Positions 37,953 to 49,623 are shown, counted from the stretch's first letter. The stretch: 64,000 nt of DNA from an uncultured Eubacteriales bacterium (GCA_900544965.1 UQXE01000003.1:15120-79119), one strand, 5' to 3'. Translations and numbers: made by a program. The notes: generated by a model not told the origin, from the sequence alone.

Positions 37953-39911
37953 TCATTTATCTATTGGGTTTTCGTTAAAATATTCGTTAATGCTTGACTT
38001 TAGCTCCTTAATAGCGTCGGTCATTGAAGCGCCCTTGAGCTGCGCGCCGGCAACCGTAAGATGCCCGCCGCCGCCCAGCTTTTCAAGGATGAGCTGCACG
38101 TTTATATTGCCAATGCTCCTGCCGCTTATTATTATGGCGTCCTTCCCGTATGAAAGGACAAATGACGCCCGGATTCCCTTTATTGAAATCAGCTCGTCGG
38201 ACGCCTGCGCAGCTATAAGGCCCGCATTCTTCACATCCTCGGGGCATACTGATATTGCCACGCCGTCCTTTTGAAGCTCGGCGCTCTGAACTACCCTGGC
38301 GCGGTCTTTATAGGTGCTCATATCGTCCTGGAACATCAGCTTCACAGCCCTTATATCCGCTCCATTGCGCCTGAGGTAGCTCGCCGCGTCAAAGGTCCTC
38401 GAGCCGGTGTTGAACGCGAACCTCTTGGTGTCCACAGTGATCCCCGCAAGCAGAGTGCCGCATTCAAAGGCGGTTGGGCGCAGGTTTTCGTCGAAATACT
38501 GCATTATTTCCGTAACCATTTCGCACGCGGACGACGCTCCGGCCTCAAGATAGTTGAGCGTGGCGTCGGCAATCGAGTCCACGGCGCGCCTGTGATGGTC
38601 GATAACCACGGTTTTCCCCGCGCGCTTTAAGAGCTCGGAGGACATAACGGATCCCTCCCGCTGGGTGTCGACCACTATAAGCACCGAGCCTTCCCTGAGC
38701 ATCTCCATCGCCCTGTCAGGCGTTTTTACAAGATCGTTATACGCCGGCGTTGAGCGCATGGTGACGAGCGCGGTCTCTATCATTGAGTTTGATTCGTCCA
38801 GCACAAAGTATGCGCGCTTGTCTATATGCCTGGCGCAGCGCATGAGTCCAAGCGTCGCACCCATGCAGTCCATGTCCGGATTGCGGTGTCCCATTATATA
38901 AATATCAGTGGCGTTCTCCATCATCTGGCGGAGCGCTTTAGCGAACAGCCTGGTCTTAACCTTTGAACTCTTTGTAGTAACCTGCCGCTTGCCTCCGTAA
39001 AACGCATACGTCGCCCCGCGCTTTACCACAGCCTGGTCTCCGCCGCGGCCAAGGGCAAGCTCCATCGCCAGCCTGGCCGATTCGTCGGAGGCCAGTATCC
39101 TATCCGCTTCGCCCACCGCTATCGAAAGGGTTACCGGCAGCGGCGTGCCTGTGTTGATATCGCGGATTGATTCAAGGATAGGAAAACGGTTTTTCTCTAC
39201 TTCCCTTAGAAAGCTGGATTCAAACACCATCATGAACTTGGTGTTGTCATAACGGCGGTATATGCCCTCGACGCTTTGTGTAAACTCAGCTATCTTCTGC
39301 TCAACCTCCACCATTACGGCTGACCTGCGGAACTGCTTGTCAGCGATAAGATCGTCGTAATTATCGACATATATAAGCGCTACTATCGGCACGCGCTCTT
39401 CGAAGATCCTTGAATAGTGCAGCGCCTCGGTCCTGTCTATCCAATACTGAAAGGTAAGCCTGCGCGGGCCTGAGTTGCGCCGTTCAACGGGTATGTTGAA
39501 CAGCTGGAAGCTGCGGCCGCCATACTCGCATACCTGCGCCTGGTTGGGCGTCTGCGGATTGAGGTCTGAAACTATGTCCGTTATACGGGAACCGCTGTAG
39601 AGTCTCTTGAACGAGCTGTTGCTCCATATGATACGCCCGTCGTTACCGAAAATCAGGCATGGTACGTTAAGGTCGTTTATTATCCTGGCGGACGCTATGG
39701 AGTTTTGGTTGAAGATATCGTCATACTCGTCGGCGATTGACCGCCTGTAAAGCTTTATGCCAAAGAGCGCCGCCAGCGCGGCAGCCGCTCCCAGCGCCAC
39801 AAATGCCAGCGCGATTATGTAGTGACCGTAGGCTGCCAAAAGCGCCGCTCCAGCGGCTATCAGCGCAAACATAGGTATTAAGGACGGTACAATCAGTTTT
39901 TTCATAGACAA
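37953..39911 (-). CDS. gdpP: DHH/DHHA1 phosphoesterase, GdpP (YybT)-type cyclic-di-AMP phosphodiesterase
   Basis: 652 aa. Two N-terminal TM helices, DHH motif GHRNPDMDCMGA, and C-terminal GGGH. The order gdpP-rplI-dnaB is conserved. Confidence 0.85.
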   Translation of the reverse strand: MSMKKLIVPSLIPMFALIAAGAALLAAYGHYIIALAFVALGAAAALAALFGIKLYRRSIADEYDDIFNQNSIASARIINDLNVPCLIFGNDGRIIWSNSSFKRLYSGSRITDIVSDLNPQTPNQAQVCEYGGRSFQLFNIPVERRNSGPRRLTFQYWIDRTEALHYSRIFEERVPIVALIYVDNYDDLIADKQFRRSAVMVEVEQKIAEFTQSVEGIYRRYDNTKFMMVFESSFLREVEKNRFPILESIRDINTGTPLPVTLSIAVGEADRILASDESARLAMELALGRGGDQAVVKRGATYAFYGGKRQVTTKSSKVKTRLFAKALRQMMENATDIYIMGHRNPDMDCMGATLGLMRCARHIDKRAYFVLDESNSMIETALVTMRSTPAYNDLVKTPDRAMEMLREGSVLIVVDTQREGSVMSSELLKRAGKTVVIDHHRRAVDSIADATLNYLEAGASSACEMVTEIMQYFDENLRPTAFECGTLLAGITVDTKRFAFNTGSRTFDAASYLRRNGADIRAVKLMFQDDMSTYKDRARVVQSAELQKDGVAISVCPEDVKNAGLIAAQASDELISIKGIRASFVLSYGKDAIIISGRSIGNINVQLILEKLGGGGHLTVAGAQLKGASMTDAIKELKSSINEYFNENPIDK

Positions 39912-40140
39912 ACGGCCGCTTTCATAAATAAACGATCTAAAAATCGCCTTCTTTCCATTTTAAGGCTTAAAGGTTTAAATATCAAGTATAAATAGGGCTG
40001 AGCAGAGACGAAACTGCAGGATTACAGTATATGAAGAAAAGAGAAGAAGGATTTGCGCCAATCGGTATTGCAGGTTTATGGAGCTAAGCAATGGCCCAAA
40101 GGAGGTGTAAACCCTCATGGCCGCTGCTGTAGCATAGGAC

Positions 40141-41040
40141 ATGAAGTACCGGCAATCCCCCGTTTGCTACGCTCTGAAATATGGCATAACCAAAGCATCC
40201 AGGAAGTATAGCCGCGCGAGTTCAACCATTTGCTTGTGGCTGTCAAGATACGGTGGAATGATCGGATCCCTGGCTTGCCGGTCCAAGCGCCCACATTTCC
40301 ATCCAAATGGGCACGCCGGGGCTGAGTTGAAACGCATAGGATACGCGGCCGAGGAATTCAGGGCTGGACCTGGCCGATTGTGATTTAAACTGCGCAGCAG
40401 AGGCTATACCAGCTTTCCCGAAAGCCCGTATTGAGTGCTCAAACGAATGGGCCGAGGAGCAGGAGTGCTTTGCCCCCGTAAGCGTCCAGATGCCAAAGCC
40501 TTGTGAGCCCGTCAATAGCGGTGTATTGATACAGCTTCTTACCGTTTTGAAAGCAGGCCTGGGCAACTTAACATCTATCCGGACACGCTGTACTGGACAG
40601 GTCGTCTGTTCGTAGGGGTTTAGCTTATAAGTCAGCCTTGGAGGCATTTAAGCCATCCCCACTTTGAAAAGCCATGCGCCTTCTTAAAAAACAGGATTTC
40701 ACGGAGGACTGTGTGCAGACGGATAATGGTTTTGAATTCATCAACCATTTCGACCATTACACTTGAGAACTGGTTACTCCATTTAAACGAGCCGCTGCCC
40801 AACTGGAAATCCGCCGCCACCTCATCCGGCCATATGCGCCCCGCGGCAACGGCAAGGCGGAACGCGGCCGCCGCGATGACCAGCGCCGCTTGTGCAATTC
40901 TTTCACGTTCCACCCGTTTGCCGGCTTCGACGCGCAAGCCCGCTTGTGTATTTAACCGCCTCCAATAACCGTGACGCGCGTCCTTTACAGGATAGCTCAC
41001 GCTATGCTTTTCTTCGTGCCTATACTGTCCAACATGTTTG
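40141..41040 (+). pseudogene. Degenerate IS481-like (rve/DDE integrase-type) transposase gene
   Basis: The first ORF gives an HTH-type N-terminus (YALKYGITKASRKYSRASSTICLWLSRYGG ... RSKRPHFHPN). Downstream, other frames give VQTDNGFEF and LIRPYAPRGNGKAER (DDE core). Several frameshifts and stops are present. Confidence 0.6.
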
Positions 41041-41150
41041 ACAATCCTACAGAAACCAGCGTTTTTCTACACATGCACGCATTTGTTATCCCGCAAGCAT
41101 TAACCTGAAACAGAGTAAAGACCCGAAGCCAACAGGCCTTTAGCGTACGC

Positions 41151-41849
41151 CTACTTGTGCTGTCGGGAATTGGCCCGCTTTACCTTCTTATATATAGACT
41201 GCATTTCCAGATCGAGTTCGGCACTCTTTTCCGCGCATTCCCTAAGCTGTTCACGCAGCTTTTCGGATACGTCCGAGTCCGACTTATAGCGCAGCTGGTG
41301 CTCCAGGCTTGCCCAAAAATCCATGGCTATCGTGCGTATCTGTATCTCAACCGGCACATGCTCCGTCCTGTCGGACATGAAAACCGGAACATCCATAACC
41401 AGATGGAGGCTTCTGTACCCGTTTGGCTTAGGTTCGCGGATATAGTCGCTCATGCGCAGCAGCTTGATATCGGACTGGTTTGTAAGCATCCGCGCAATTT
41501 CATATATATCCTCAATGTAGTTGCACACTACCCTGACGCCCGCAATATCCGTGAGGTTTTCCCTGACAGACCGTATGGTCACCGGAAGCTGCCGGCGTTT
41601 GAGCTTTTCTATGGTGCTGGGCAGGGATTTAAGCCTGCTTTCTATCCTATGTATCGGATTATGCGAATACCTTACGTTAAATTCCTCATCCAAAATTTCA
41701 AGCTTTGTTGTAATCTCGCGTATGCCGGCCTTATATATCTGCTGCATCTCAATATAGCCCTGAAGTTCGCCTATGCGCTCACTGACGGCCTTAGCGTCCG
41801 TGTTTTCGGGAAGTAACATGCTTTTCAGCTTTGGAATGCTCATTTGCAA
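41151..41849 (-). CDS. Small alarmone synthetase (RelQ/RelP-type GTP pyrophosphokinase)
   Basis: 232 aa. RelA/SpoT synthetase core DIAGVRVVCNY ... NGYRSLHLVMDVPV ... VPVEIQIRTIAMDFWASLEH. Confidence 0.85.
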   Translation of the reverse strand: MQMSIPKLKSMLLPENTDAKAVSERIGELQGYIEMQQIYKAGIREITTKLEILDEEFNVRYSHNPIHRIESRLKSLPSTIEKLKRRQLPVTIRSVRENLTDIAGVRVVCNYIEDIYEIARMLTNQSDIKLLRMSDYIREPKPNGYRSLHLVMDVPVFMSDRTEHVPVEIQIRTIAMDFWASLEHQLRYKSDSDVSEKLREQLRECAEKSAELDLEMQSIYKKVKRANSRQHK

Positions 41850-42121
41850 TGCCCCTATCTTTATAGTTTAGGTTTGTAATTCATTGTATAACGATTATAG
41901 TTAAGCTTAAACCGCGTTTCTGGGTACATTGTGACATTCGGGTGAAAAAGAGTAGCACGCATGTAAAATGCCGCCAAACAAAAAGCGCGGCGCGCATGCA
42001 GATATCTCAAACCTCTTCGGCGCGGCGCTGGCGCTATCGTTGACCGATATTAGTAAATAGCCGAAATAAGAACAACTAAATTATCAGGAATAGGATAATA
42101 CTAATTTCGCGAGGTGATATT

Positions 42122-43117
42122 TTGCAGTTTACAGAAGTATATTTTGAACCACACAGCCTTGATTACGATTTGGGGAAAAAGCTTAGGAAGGATTTTGCGC
42201 ACCTCCCGTGGATTCCTGTGGAAAGCCATAACCGTATCCCCGAGCTGACGCAAAGGAGCAACAGGGATTTTCCCGCTATGAAAAGGTATTTAATCATAGG
42301 CACGAGAAAAACCCATAAATACATTGAGAACCATAAGATATCCGATTATCTGGTGCCCTTTACATCCTCAGGCTGCACGGCAATGTGCCTGTACTGCTAT
42401 CTGGTATGCAATTACAATAAATGCTCATATTTAAGGCTGTTCGTAAACCGTGAACAGATGCTGGAGCGGCTTATACGCACGTCCAAAAAAGCGAATGTGC
42501 CGCCGACATTCGAGGTAGGTTCCAACAGCGATCTCATATTGGAAAACACAATAACAAACAACCTGGAATGGCTCATACCGGAGTTTGCCAAAAACGGCGC
42601 GGGCAGCATTACGTTTCCTACAAAGTTTGATATGGTTGACCCTCTGCTCACTCTTGACCACCGGCAAAAAACGGTATTTCGAATGAGCGTAAATCCGGAT
42701 TGGATAATAGGCCATGTTGAGCTTGGCACCTCTTCGCTTAACCAGCGCATCGAGGCGGTAAATAAGATGTGCGACGCGGGCTATCCGTGCGGAATACTGA
42801 TAGCCCCCGTAATACTGTGCGACGACTGGGTTGGCAAGTACGGCCAGCTTATAGACGTACTCAGCACGGGTTTAAGCGAAAAGGTAAAGCGGCAGCTCTT
42901 TATTGAGATAATCTTTATGACCTATAGCTATGTTCACAGGGCGATAAACAGCGAAGCCTTCCCAAACGCGGCCAGCCTGTACGATGGGGAGCTTATGACG
43001 GGCAAGGGCAGGGGCAAGTATAGTTATAAAAAGGATGCCCGTCTGCCGGCCGAGGCCTTTTTAAAGGAAAGGATAGCCGAAAGGCTTCCTGAGGCGAGGA
43101 TAGCCTATATATGCTGA
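42122..43117 (+). CDS. splB: Spore photoproduct lyase (radical SAM)
   Basis: 331 aa with a TTG start. Radical-SAM triad SSGCTAMCLYCYL. Length and layout are typical of SplB. Confidence 0.8.
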   Translation: MQFTEVYFEPHSLDYDLGKKLRKDFAHLPWIPVESHNRIPELTQRSNRDFPAMKRYLIIGTRKTHKYIENHKISDYLVPFTSSGCTAMCLYCYLVCNYNKCSYLRLFVNREQMLERLIRTSKKANVPPTFEVGSNSDLILENTITNNLEWLIPEFAKNGAGSITFPTKFDMVDPLLTLDHRQKTVFRMSVNPDWIIGHVELGTSSLNQRIEAVNKMCDAGYPCGILIAPVILCDDWVGKYGQLIDVLSTGLSEKVKRQLFIEIIFMTYSYVHRAINSEAFPNAASLYDGELMTGKGRGKYSYKKDARLPAEAFLKERIAERLPEARIAYIC

Positions 43118-43282
43118 CGAGGATTTGGTAATATCCATGCCGCCTATCTGCTATCAATTCTTTACAGCACGCGGATTAATGCTAAATCACTGTAATACAG
43201 CGCCGGCGGCATAGCGGGATAGGCGCGTGGAAAAGCTATAAACAGGTTTAACCCTGTCCAGAAAACTTAAGGAGGCGATTTT

Positions 43283-45349
43283 ATGGATAATAATGACACA
43301 CCCAACAGCCTGATAGATGAAAAATCCCCATACCTGCTTCAGCATGCGTATAACCCTGTCAAGTGGTATCCATGGGGCGTTGAAGCCTTTGAAAGGGCAA
43401 GGCAGTTTGACAGGCCCGTGTTTGTGTCAATCGGGTACAGCACCTGTCATTGGTGTCATGTAATGGCCCATGAATCCTTTGAGGACGTTGAAGTTGCGAA
43501 GCTGCTCAACGAATACTTTATATGCGTGAAGGTTGACCGTGAGGAGCGGCCCGACGTGGATTCCGTATACATGAGCGTATGCCAGGCGGTGACAGGATCC
43601 GGCGGGTGGCCGCTTACGATAATAATGGACGCTGATCAAAGGCCGTTTTTCGCCGGCACTTATATACCCAAAAGGAGCAAATTCGGAGTCGTGGGCCTGA
43701 TGGAGCTTTTGCCGGCCATTTGGGAGCGCTGGACGCATAACAGGGACGGCCTTACCTCAATCGGGGATCAGATATGCGCCTATCTAAACCAAGAGCGGAC
43801 CAAAACGGGCGGAAATGGGAACGAAGATCCCATAATGTTTGTTAAATCGGCATACAGGCAGCTTAACTCGATGTTTGATGAAAAAAACGGCGGTTTCGGC
43901 GTGGCGCCGAAGTTCCCAACGCCCCATCAGCTGTTATTCCTCATAAAATATTATCAGCTTGAAAATGACAGCCGCGCGCTTGAGATGGCCGTTAAAACGC
44001 TTGAGCAGATGTACCGCGGAGGCATATTTGACCATATAGGCGGCGGATTTTCACGCTACTCAACCGATGCGCGCTGGCTTGTGCCGCACTTTGAAAAAAT
44101 GCTTTACGACAACGCGCTGTTAGGTCTTGCCTATTCTGAAACCTATGCCGTAACCAACGACGGGTTTTATAGGGACGTCGCCTGCCGTACCTTTGACTAT
44201 GTTTTAAGGGAATTGACCGACAGCGAGGGCGGCTTTTACTGTGCCCAGGACGCGGACAGCGAGGGAAGCGAGGGTAAATACTACCTCTTTACTCCAGGCG
44301 AAGTCAAGGAAGCGCTTGGAAATGAGGGTGGAAAAAGCTTCTGCAGCTTATACGGAATAACCAACAGGGGCAATTTTGAGGGAAAGTCTATACCAAATCT
44401 GCTGGACAGGCAGGATTACCGCGTGGGTAATGGCGATATGGACGCGCTTATAAAGGCGCTGTATGATTACCGGCTTAATCGGACCAGCCTTCATAAGGAC
44501 GACAAGGAGCTGGCCTCCTGGAACGCGCTTATGATAGCGTCGCTTGCGCGTTCATCCGTGACGCTTGACAGGGAAAGCTATCTTGATGCGTCAAAATCGG
44601 CTCAGACCATGTTTGAAAAGCGTTTTGTCACGGATGCAGGGAGGCTGCGCCTGAGGTGGAGGGACGGCGAAGCGGCATATGACGGCCATTTGGACGACTA
44701 CGCGTTTTACGCATGGGCGCTTTTGGAGCTGTACCGGGCGACCTATGATGTGAAATACCTGGCAAGGGCCGTAAGCATTTCCAAAGGTATGGTTTCAGAG
44801 TTTTATGACGCAAACGACGGAGGCTTTTATCTATACGCCAAGGGCGCCGAACAGCTCATCAGCAGGCCCAAGGAGACGTATGACGGGGCGATGCCCTCGG
44901 GAAACTCCGTAGCTGCGCTGGTGTTAAACAGGCTGTGGAGGCTCACGGGGGACAGCGCATGGCTTGATATATCGCAGGCGCATATGAACTATATATATGG
45001 GGCTATGGGCGATTATCCGGCTGGGAATACCTTTGCGCTGCTCGCGGCAATGGAGGTTTCATATCCATCATGGGACCTGCTATGCGCCTGTGCGGAGGGG
45101 AACGTCGATGATGATTTAAGGGATTTGCTAAAGACAGTTACTCCAAATATAAACATAACCGTAAAGAACCCGCTCAATGAAAGGGAGATTGCAGCTGTCG
45201 CGCCATATACCGCAAACTATCCCCTGCCCGAAAAGGGGGGCCGTAATACATACTACCTGTGCAGGGATGGGGCATGTAAGCCGCCCTGCGGCATTGAAGC
45301 GCTTGCGGACATATTGAAGGATAGAAAGAGGGCCGAAACAATGGCGTAG
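43283..45349 (+). CDS. Thioredoxin-domain protein of the YyaL/DUF255 family (thioredoxin-like N-terminus plus alpha/alpha-toroid)
   Basis: 688 aa. [17 protein letters not shown] ... [20 protein letters not shown] is the DUF255 signature. Confidence 0.85.
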   Translation: MDNNDTPNSLIDEKSPYLLQHAYNPVKWYPWGVEAFERARQFDRPVFVSIGYSTCHWCHVMAHESFEDVEVAKLLNEYFICVKVDREERPDVDSVYMSVCQAVTGSGGWPLTIIMDADQRPFFAGTYIPKRSKFGVVGLMELLPAIWERWTHNRDGLTSIGDQICAYLNQERTKTGGNGNEDPIMFVKSAYRQLNSMFDEKNGGFGVAPKFPTPHQLLFLIKYYQLENDSRALEMAVKTLEQMYRGGIFDHIGGGFSRYSTDARWLVPHFEKMLYDNALLGLAYSETYAVTNDGFYRDVACRTFDYVLRELTDSEGGFYCAQDADSEGSEGKYYLFTPGEVKEALGNEGGKSFCSLYGITNRGNFEGKSIPNLLDRQDYRVGNGDMDALIKALYDYRLNRTSLHKDDKELASWNALMIASLARSSVTLDRESYLDASKSAQTMFEKRFVTDAGRLRLRWRDGEAAYDGHLDDYAFYAWALLELYRATYDVKYLARAVSISKGMVSEFYDANDGGFYLYAKGAEQLISRPKETYDGAMPSGNSVAALVLNRLWRLTGDSAWLDISQAHMNYIYGAMGDYPAGNTFALLAAMEVSYPSWDLLCACAEGNVDDDLRDLLKTVTPNINITVKNPLNEREIAAVAPYTANYPLPEKGGRNTYYLCRDGACKPPCGIEALADILKDRKRAETMA

Positions 45350-45563
45350 CGCCGTCAACCGCATTCGGCAGGCCGGGGCGGCTGGGAGGAAAGCGGCATA
45401 GCCGGCTTAACGGCGGCCGCTTTTATTGGCTGCAAATCCGCCCGTGAAAAGCGGCTCTACCATCCGTAGAGCAATTCTACCGGGCATACTTTGATTTTTA
45501 GCTCCATTGAATGTAGAATCAGCACAGGGGCAGGTTATTGCCGCATGGAAGGTAGGATGAGAT

Positions 45564-46316
45564 ATGGATGCTACAAAAATCGGAATGTTTATCGCAGCTT
45601 TAAGAAGGAGCAGGGGAATGACCCAGCAGGAGGTTGCGCAAAGCCTTGGAATCACGGATAAGACCGTAAGCAAATGGGAAACCGGAAACGGCTATCCGGA
45701 TATCACCATGATTCCTGCGCTTGCCGAACTATTTGGGGTGACGACCGATGAAATACTTCGGGGAGAGCGCATAATAAAGGATAAGGACGTCAGGGCAGGC
45801 GTGGAACACGAAAAGCAAAAGGCTTACCTGCTCAATTCAGCCGGGTACAGGGTGAATAACCAGATCTTATGCAGTATAGGGGCCAGCATTGGAGCGGCCG
45901 TAACGCTGTTTTTGCTTGGCAGCAGCACGTTTTATGCACCCGTATGCTGCGGGGTATCCATACTCCTGTGCATCGTGAGCGTTGTAATAGCCCTGACGGC
46001 GCTTTCGAAAGCCAGATTTATAAGCAGGGACAGGGAGATATGCAGGGCTGCGCCATCGGCAATGAAGGCTTTTCGTGAAACCGTGCTCAAGCGTATGCGC
46101 CTTGCATTTGCGGGTATCGCGTATTCCCTGGCGCTAAGCCTGATAATATGGTTCGTTTCAGGAACATCCGGCGGGTTGATCACCGCGTTTGAGCTGTACA
46201 ATCCATTGTTTGGGCTTATTGCGGCCGCGGCCGCAATACTGGCGTTTTGCTTAAGCAAGGGCATCCTCAAGAGGGCGTTAGACCATGAAGAGCATATAAC
46301 GATTCAAAAGCCTTGA
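45564..46316 (+). CDS. XRE-family HTH transcriptional regulator with a membrane-spanning C-terminal half
   Basis: N-terminus IAALRRSRGMTQQEVAQSLGITDKTVSKWETG (Cro/C1 HTH), followed by about four hydrophobic helices. Confidence 0.75.
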   Translation: MDATKIGMFIAALRRSRGMTQQEVAQSLGITDKTVSKWETGNGYPDITMIPALAELFGVTTDEILRGERIIKDKDVRAGVEHEKQKAYLLNSAGYRVNNQILCSIGASIGAAVTLFLLGSSTFYAPVCCGVSILLCIVSVVIALTALSKARFISRDREICRAAPSAMKAFRETVLKRMRLAFAGIAYSLALSLIIWFVSGTSGGLITAFELYNPLFGLIAAAAAILAFCLSKGILKRALDHEEHITIQKP

Positions 46317-46354
46317 AAATATAAGACGCTTTATACCATTGCCAATAAAAAAGC

Positions 46355-46398
46355 GGGCTGCGCATAGGTGTGATGTCACCTTTGCGCAGCCCTTTTAT
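46355..46398. terminator. Bidirectional rho-independent terminator
   Basis: GGGCTGCGCA / TGCGCAGCCC stem, preceded by AAAAAA and followed by TTTTATTA, between convergent genes. Confidence 0.6.
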
Positions 46399-46467
46399 TA
46401 GGGCGGCTTCCATTGGTTTTGATATAAATAATGAACTGAAAACCCGCCCGCCGTTAAAGCTCGCAAA

Positions 46468-47961
46468 TCAGTTGGGCCGCATCGTGGGGAAAAGCAGGAC
46501 GTCCCTTATTGTTGAAGCGCCCGTCAGAAGCATCACAAGGCGATCCATGCCAATGCCTATCCCGCCGGTGGGCGGCATTCCGTATTCAAGCGAGAGGCAG
46601 AAATCCTCGTCGATCATCATCGCCTCATCATCGCCCTTGGCGCGCTCCATTGCCTGATGCATAAACCGCTGGCGCTGGTCAATGGGATCGTTAAGCTCTG
46701 AAAACGCGTTTGCGTATTCGCTGCCGCATATGAACAGCTCAAATCGCTCCGTGATTCCGGATGTCCCTGGCTTGCGTTTGGCAAGCGGCGATATCTCAAC
46801 GGGGTAGTCTATTATAAATGTTGGGGATATAAGCTTATCCTCGACAAACTGGTCGAACGCCGCGGCAAGAAGCCTGCCCTTGACGGGGGATACGCCCTCC
46901 ATGTTTAACCTTATGCTCTTTGCAAGCCCAACTGCTTCGCTATCGTCCCCGCAGGCGCAAAAGTCAGCTCCAGTGTATCGCTTTACCGCATCGTTCATGC
47001 TAAGCCTTTCAAACGCCGGCTCCAGATCGATTTCATGTCCGCAGTAATTCAGCCTGCAGGAGCCTAGAACCTTTTTCGCCAGGTGCCTGATAAGCCCCTC
47101 GGCCAGCTCCATCATGCCGTTATAGTCGGTATACGCCTGGTACAGCTCAAGCATGGTGAATTCGGGATTATGTGTGGCGTCCATTCCTTCGTTGCGGAAG
47201 TTTCGCCCTATCTCGTATACCCGCTCCATACCACCGACTATAAGCATCTTAAGCCGCAGCTCCAGGGCGATCCTGAGATACATGTCTATATCCAGGGAGT
47301 TATGATGCGTAATGAACGGCCTGGCCGACGCGCCGCTCGCCGTGGTGTTCAACACGGGGGTCTCGACCTCCAAAAAACCCCTTTCATCAAGATAACGCCG
47401 TGTTTCACTAAGGATCATGCTCCGCTTTACAAACGTATCGCGCACCTCGGGGTTAACTATAAGATCCAGATACCTCTGGCGCGACCTCAGCTCAGGATCC
47501 TTGAGGCCGTGAAACTTCTCCGGAAGCGGGCGCAGCGATTTGCACATAAGCGTAACCGATTCGGCGTTTATCGAAACCTCGCCTGTGCGGGTTTTAAACA
47601 CCGTACCCTCAACTCCGGCTATATCGCCTATATCATATGTCTTAAACCGGGCGTACTCGTCCTCGCCTACGGCGTCGCGGCGAACATACGCCTGAATGGT
47701 TCCGCTCTTATCGAGTATATGGATAAAGGCCGCCTTTCCCATAATCCGTTTTGACATTATGCGTCCCGCCACGCTTACTACGGAGTTCTCAAGCGCGTCG
47801 AAACCATCAATTATGTCGCGGCTGTGGTGGCTTATTCCATAGCTCATAATTTCAAAGGGATCCCTTCCCTCGGCCCGCAGCGTTTGGAGCTTATCGCGCC
47901 TTACTTTAAGCAGCTCGGAAAGCTCCTCATTGGTTATGCCGTTGCTTCTGTTATCCTCCAT
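46468..47961 (-). CDS. lysS: Lysine--tRNA ligase (class II)
   Basis: 497 aa. Class II motifs FRNEGMDATHNPEFTMLE and GGIGIGMDRLVMLL. Confidence 0.95.
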   Translation of the reverse strand: MEDNRSNGITNEELSELLKVRRDKLQTLRAEGRDPFEIMSYGISHHSRDIIDGFDALENSVVSVAGRIMSKRIMGKAAFIHILDKSGTIQAYVRRDAVGEDEYARFKTYDIGDIAGVEGTVFKTRTGEVSINAESVTLMCKSLRPLPEKFHGLKDPELRSRQRYLDLIVNPEVRDTFVKRSMILSETRRYLDERGFLEVETPVLNTTASGASARPFITHHNSLDIDMYLRIALELRLKMLIVGGMERVYEIGRNFRNEGMDATHNPEFTMLELYQAYTDYNGMMELAEGLIRHLAKKVLGSCRLNYCGHEIDLEPAFERLSMNDAVKRYTGADFCACGDDSEAVGLAKSIRLNMEGVSPVKGRLLAAAFDQFVEDKLISPTFIIDYPVEISPLAKRKPGTSGITERFELFICGSEYANAFSELNDPIDQRQRFMHQAMERAKGDDEAMMIDEDFCLSLEYGMPPTGGIGIGMDRLVMLLTGASTIRDVLLFPTMRPN

Positions 47962-47990
47962 AATTCTCCTGCTTTCGTTGCTTTTGAAGT

Positions 47991-48476
47991 CTATCTTCTC
48001 TTTTCAGTTTTGCCTATGCTCAATATGCTCAGTGAAATAATACCGCCTGGGGTCTCTACTTCCACGGTTTCTCCAACCGTGTGCCCAAGGAGGCTCTTTC
48101 CTATGGGTGACGCGTCGGATATAAAGCCATTTATAGGGTCCGATTCCATGGTGCCAACGATATGGTACTCAAAATCACGTGAGAGCTTTTCGTTATGAAC
48201 GCTTACCGTGGTGCCCACGCTGACGACGTCGGTGGTGACGCTTGCCTCGTCAATTATAACAACGTTCCTTAGTTTGGATTCAAGCTCAGCTATCTCTATC
48301 TCGTTTCTTTCCTGGGCTTCCTTCGCGGCGTCGTATTCGGCGTTTTCGCTCAGGTCGCCATGGGAACGCGCCTCCTGCAGCTCCTGCGCAATCTCCCTGC
48401 GGCGCATGTTTTTAAGAAACTCGAGCCTGGATTCAAGTTGTTTCAGTCCGTCTGGCGTGAGCCTGATCTCTTCCAT
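47991..48476 (-). CDS. greA: Transcription elongation factor GreA
   Basis: 161 aa. N-terminal coiled coil with GDLSENAEYDAAKEAQ, followed by the C-terminal FKBP-like domain. Confidence 0.95.
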   Translation of the reverse strand: MEEIRLTPDGLKQLESRLEFLKNMRRREIAQELQEARSHGDLSENAEYDAAKEAQERNEIEIAELESKLRNVVIIDEASVTTDVVSVGTTVSVHNEKLSRDFEYHIVGTMESDPINGFISDASPIGKSLLGHTVGETVEVETPGGIISLSILSIGKTEKRR

Positions 48477-48663
48477 CTATGTAATCCTCCTTATGGATGT
48501 TATGCTCTGGATAGAATAAATACCGGGGCGCCCAGCGGCATGCCGCCGTGCGTCCTCCGGATGCTTTTTCAAGTAAAGCCATTATATGTAACAGCGGCGC
48601 CCGTGTCAAGGAAAACGGCGAACATAACGCTGAACGTTTGCGTCCGGATCAGGAATCCGGCAA

Positions 48664-49623
48664 TTACGTCATGGTAACGGTATGGCTTAATAGCACCCGT
48701 TCAAGCTCCTCAACGCTTGAGCAGGCGTTTACCATCCTCCTCAGCTCGGGCGCGCCGCGCATTCCCCTGATATACCATACCATATGCTTTCGCAGCTGTA
48801 TTATGCTGCGCTCTCCCTTAATGCCCACATGCCGTTTCGCATGCTCTATCGCTACATGTATTCTCTCCTCAGGCGTGGGTGGAGTATACGGCCTTTTTAA
48901 AAGCCCTGACTTTATTTCTTCAAATATAAAGGGGTTGCCCAGAGCGCCGCGCGCTACCATGACGCCGTCGCAACCCGTAGTTTCGCGCAGCATCAAGGCG
49001 TCTTTTGCGCAAAACACATCCCCATTCCCGATTACCGGTATATTTACGGCCTTTTTTACTGAAGCCACTATATCCCAATCAGCCCTGCCCGAGTATAACT
49101 GTTCCCGCGTCCTGCCGTGTATGGTAAGCGCGTAGGCGCCGCTTTGCTCAGCCATTTTGGCAAACTCCACAGCGTTTACAGAGCCGCTGTCCCATCCTTT
49201 TCTAAACTTCACGGTTATTGGCACATCAGCCGCGCGCCTAACGCTATCGATGATTTTGGCAGCCAGCAGGGGCTTGCGCATCAGCGCGCAGCCCTCGCCG
49301 TTTTTAACTATTTTGAGCGCTGGGCAGCCCATATTCAAGTCTATCAGAGCGATCCGCCCGCGGTATTCGCCGCACACGGCTTTAGCCATGCCTGCCATTA
49401 TCTCCGGATCGCTTCCAAAAAGCTGAATGCCGCACGGCGCTTCAAGATCACAAAGCGCCAAAAGGTCGCGGGTGTTTTTACTATTGTAAAACAGTCCCTT
49501 TGCGCTTATCATCTCGGTATAAGTAAAATCTGCCCCAAACTCGGCGCAGAGTTTACGAAAAGGCAGGTCTGTAATGCCTGCCATCGGAGCCAGCAATATG
49601 GGGAAACGGTTGAAATCTAGCAT
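48664..49623 (-). CDS. dusB: tRNA-dihydrouridine synthase
   Basis: 319 aa. LAPMAGITDLPFRKLC ... LNMGCPALKIV ... TIHGRTREQ are TIM-barrel Dus motifs. Confidence 0.9.
   Translation of the reverse strand: MLDFNRFPILLAPMAGITDLPFRKLCAEFGADFTYTEMISAKGLFYNSKNTRDLLALCDLEAPCGIQLFGSDPEIMAGMAKAVCGEYRGRIALIDLNMGCPALKIVKNGEGCALMRKPLLAAKIIDSVRRAADVPITVKFRKGWDSGSVNAVEFAKMAEQSGAYALTIHGRTREQLYSGRADWDIVASVKKAVNIPVIGNGDVFCAKDALMLRETTGCDGVMVARGALGNPFIFEEIKSGLLKRPYTPPTPEERIHVAIEHAKRHVGIKGERSIIQLRKHMVWYIRGMRGAPELRRMVNACSSVEELERVLLSHTVTMT

Noticed and set aside
41157-41816. 219-aa plus-strand ORF overlapping the alarmone synthetase gene. Similar long antisense ORFs occur in addB (13965-14591), lysS (47083-47754), the activase gene (23879-24496), dusB (48548-49135) and the metzincin gene (4571-5146).
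   Set aside because: None has an RBS or a recognisable motif. The opposite-strand genes have strong family signatures.
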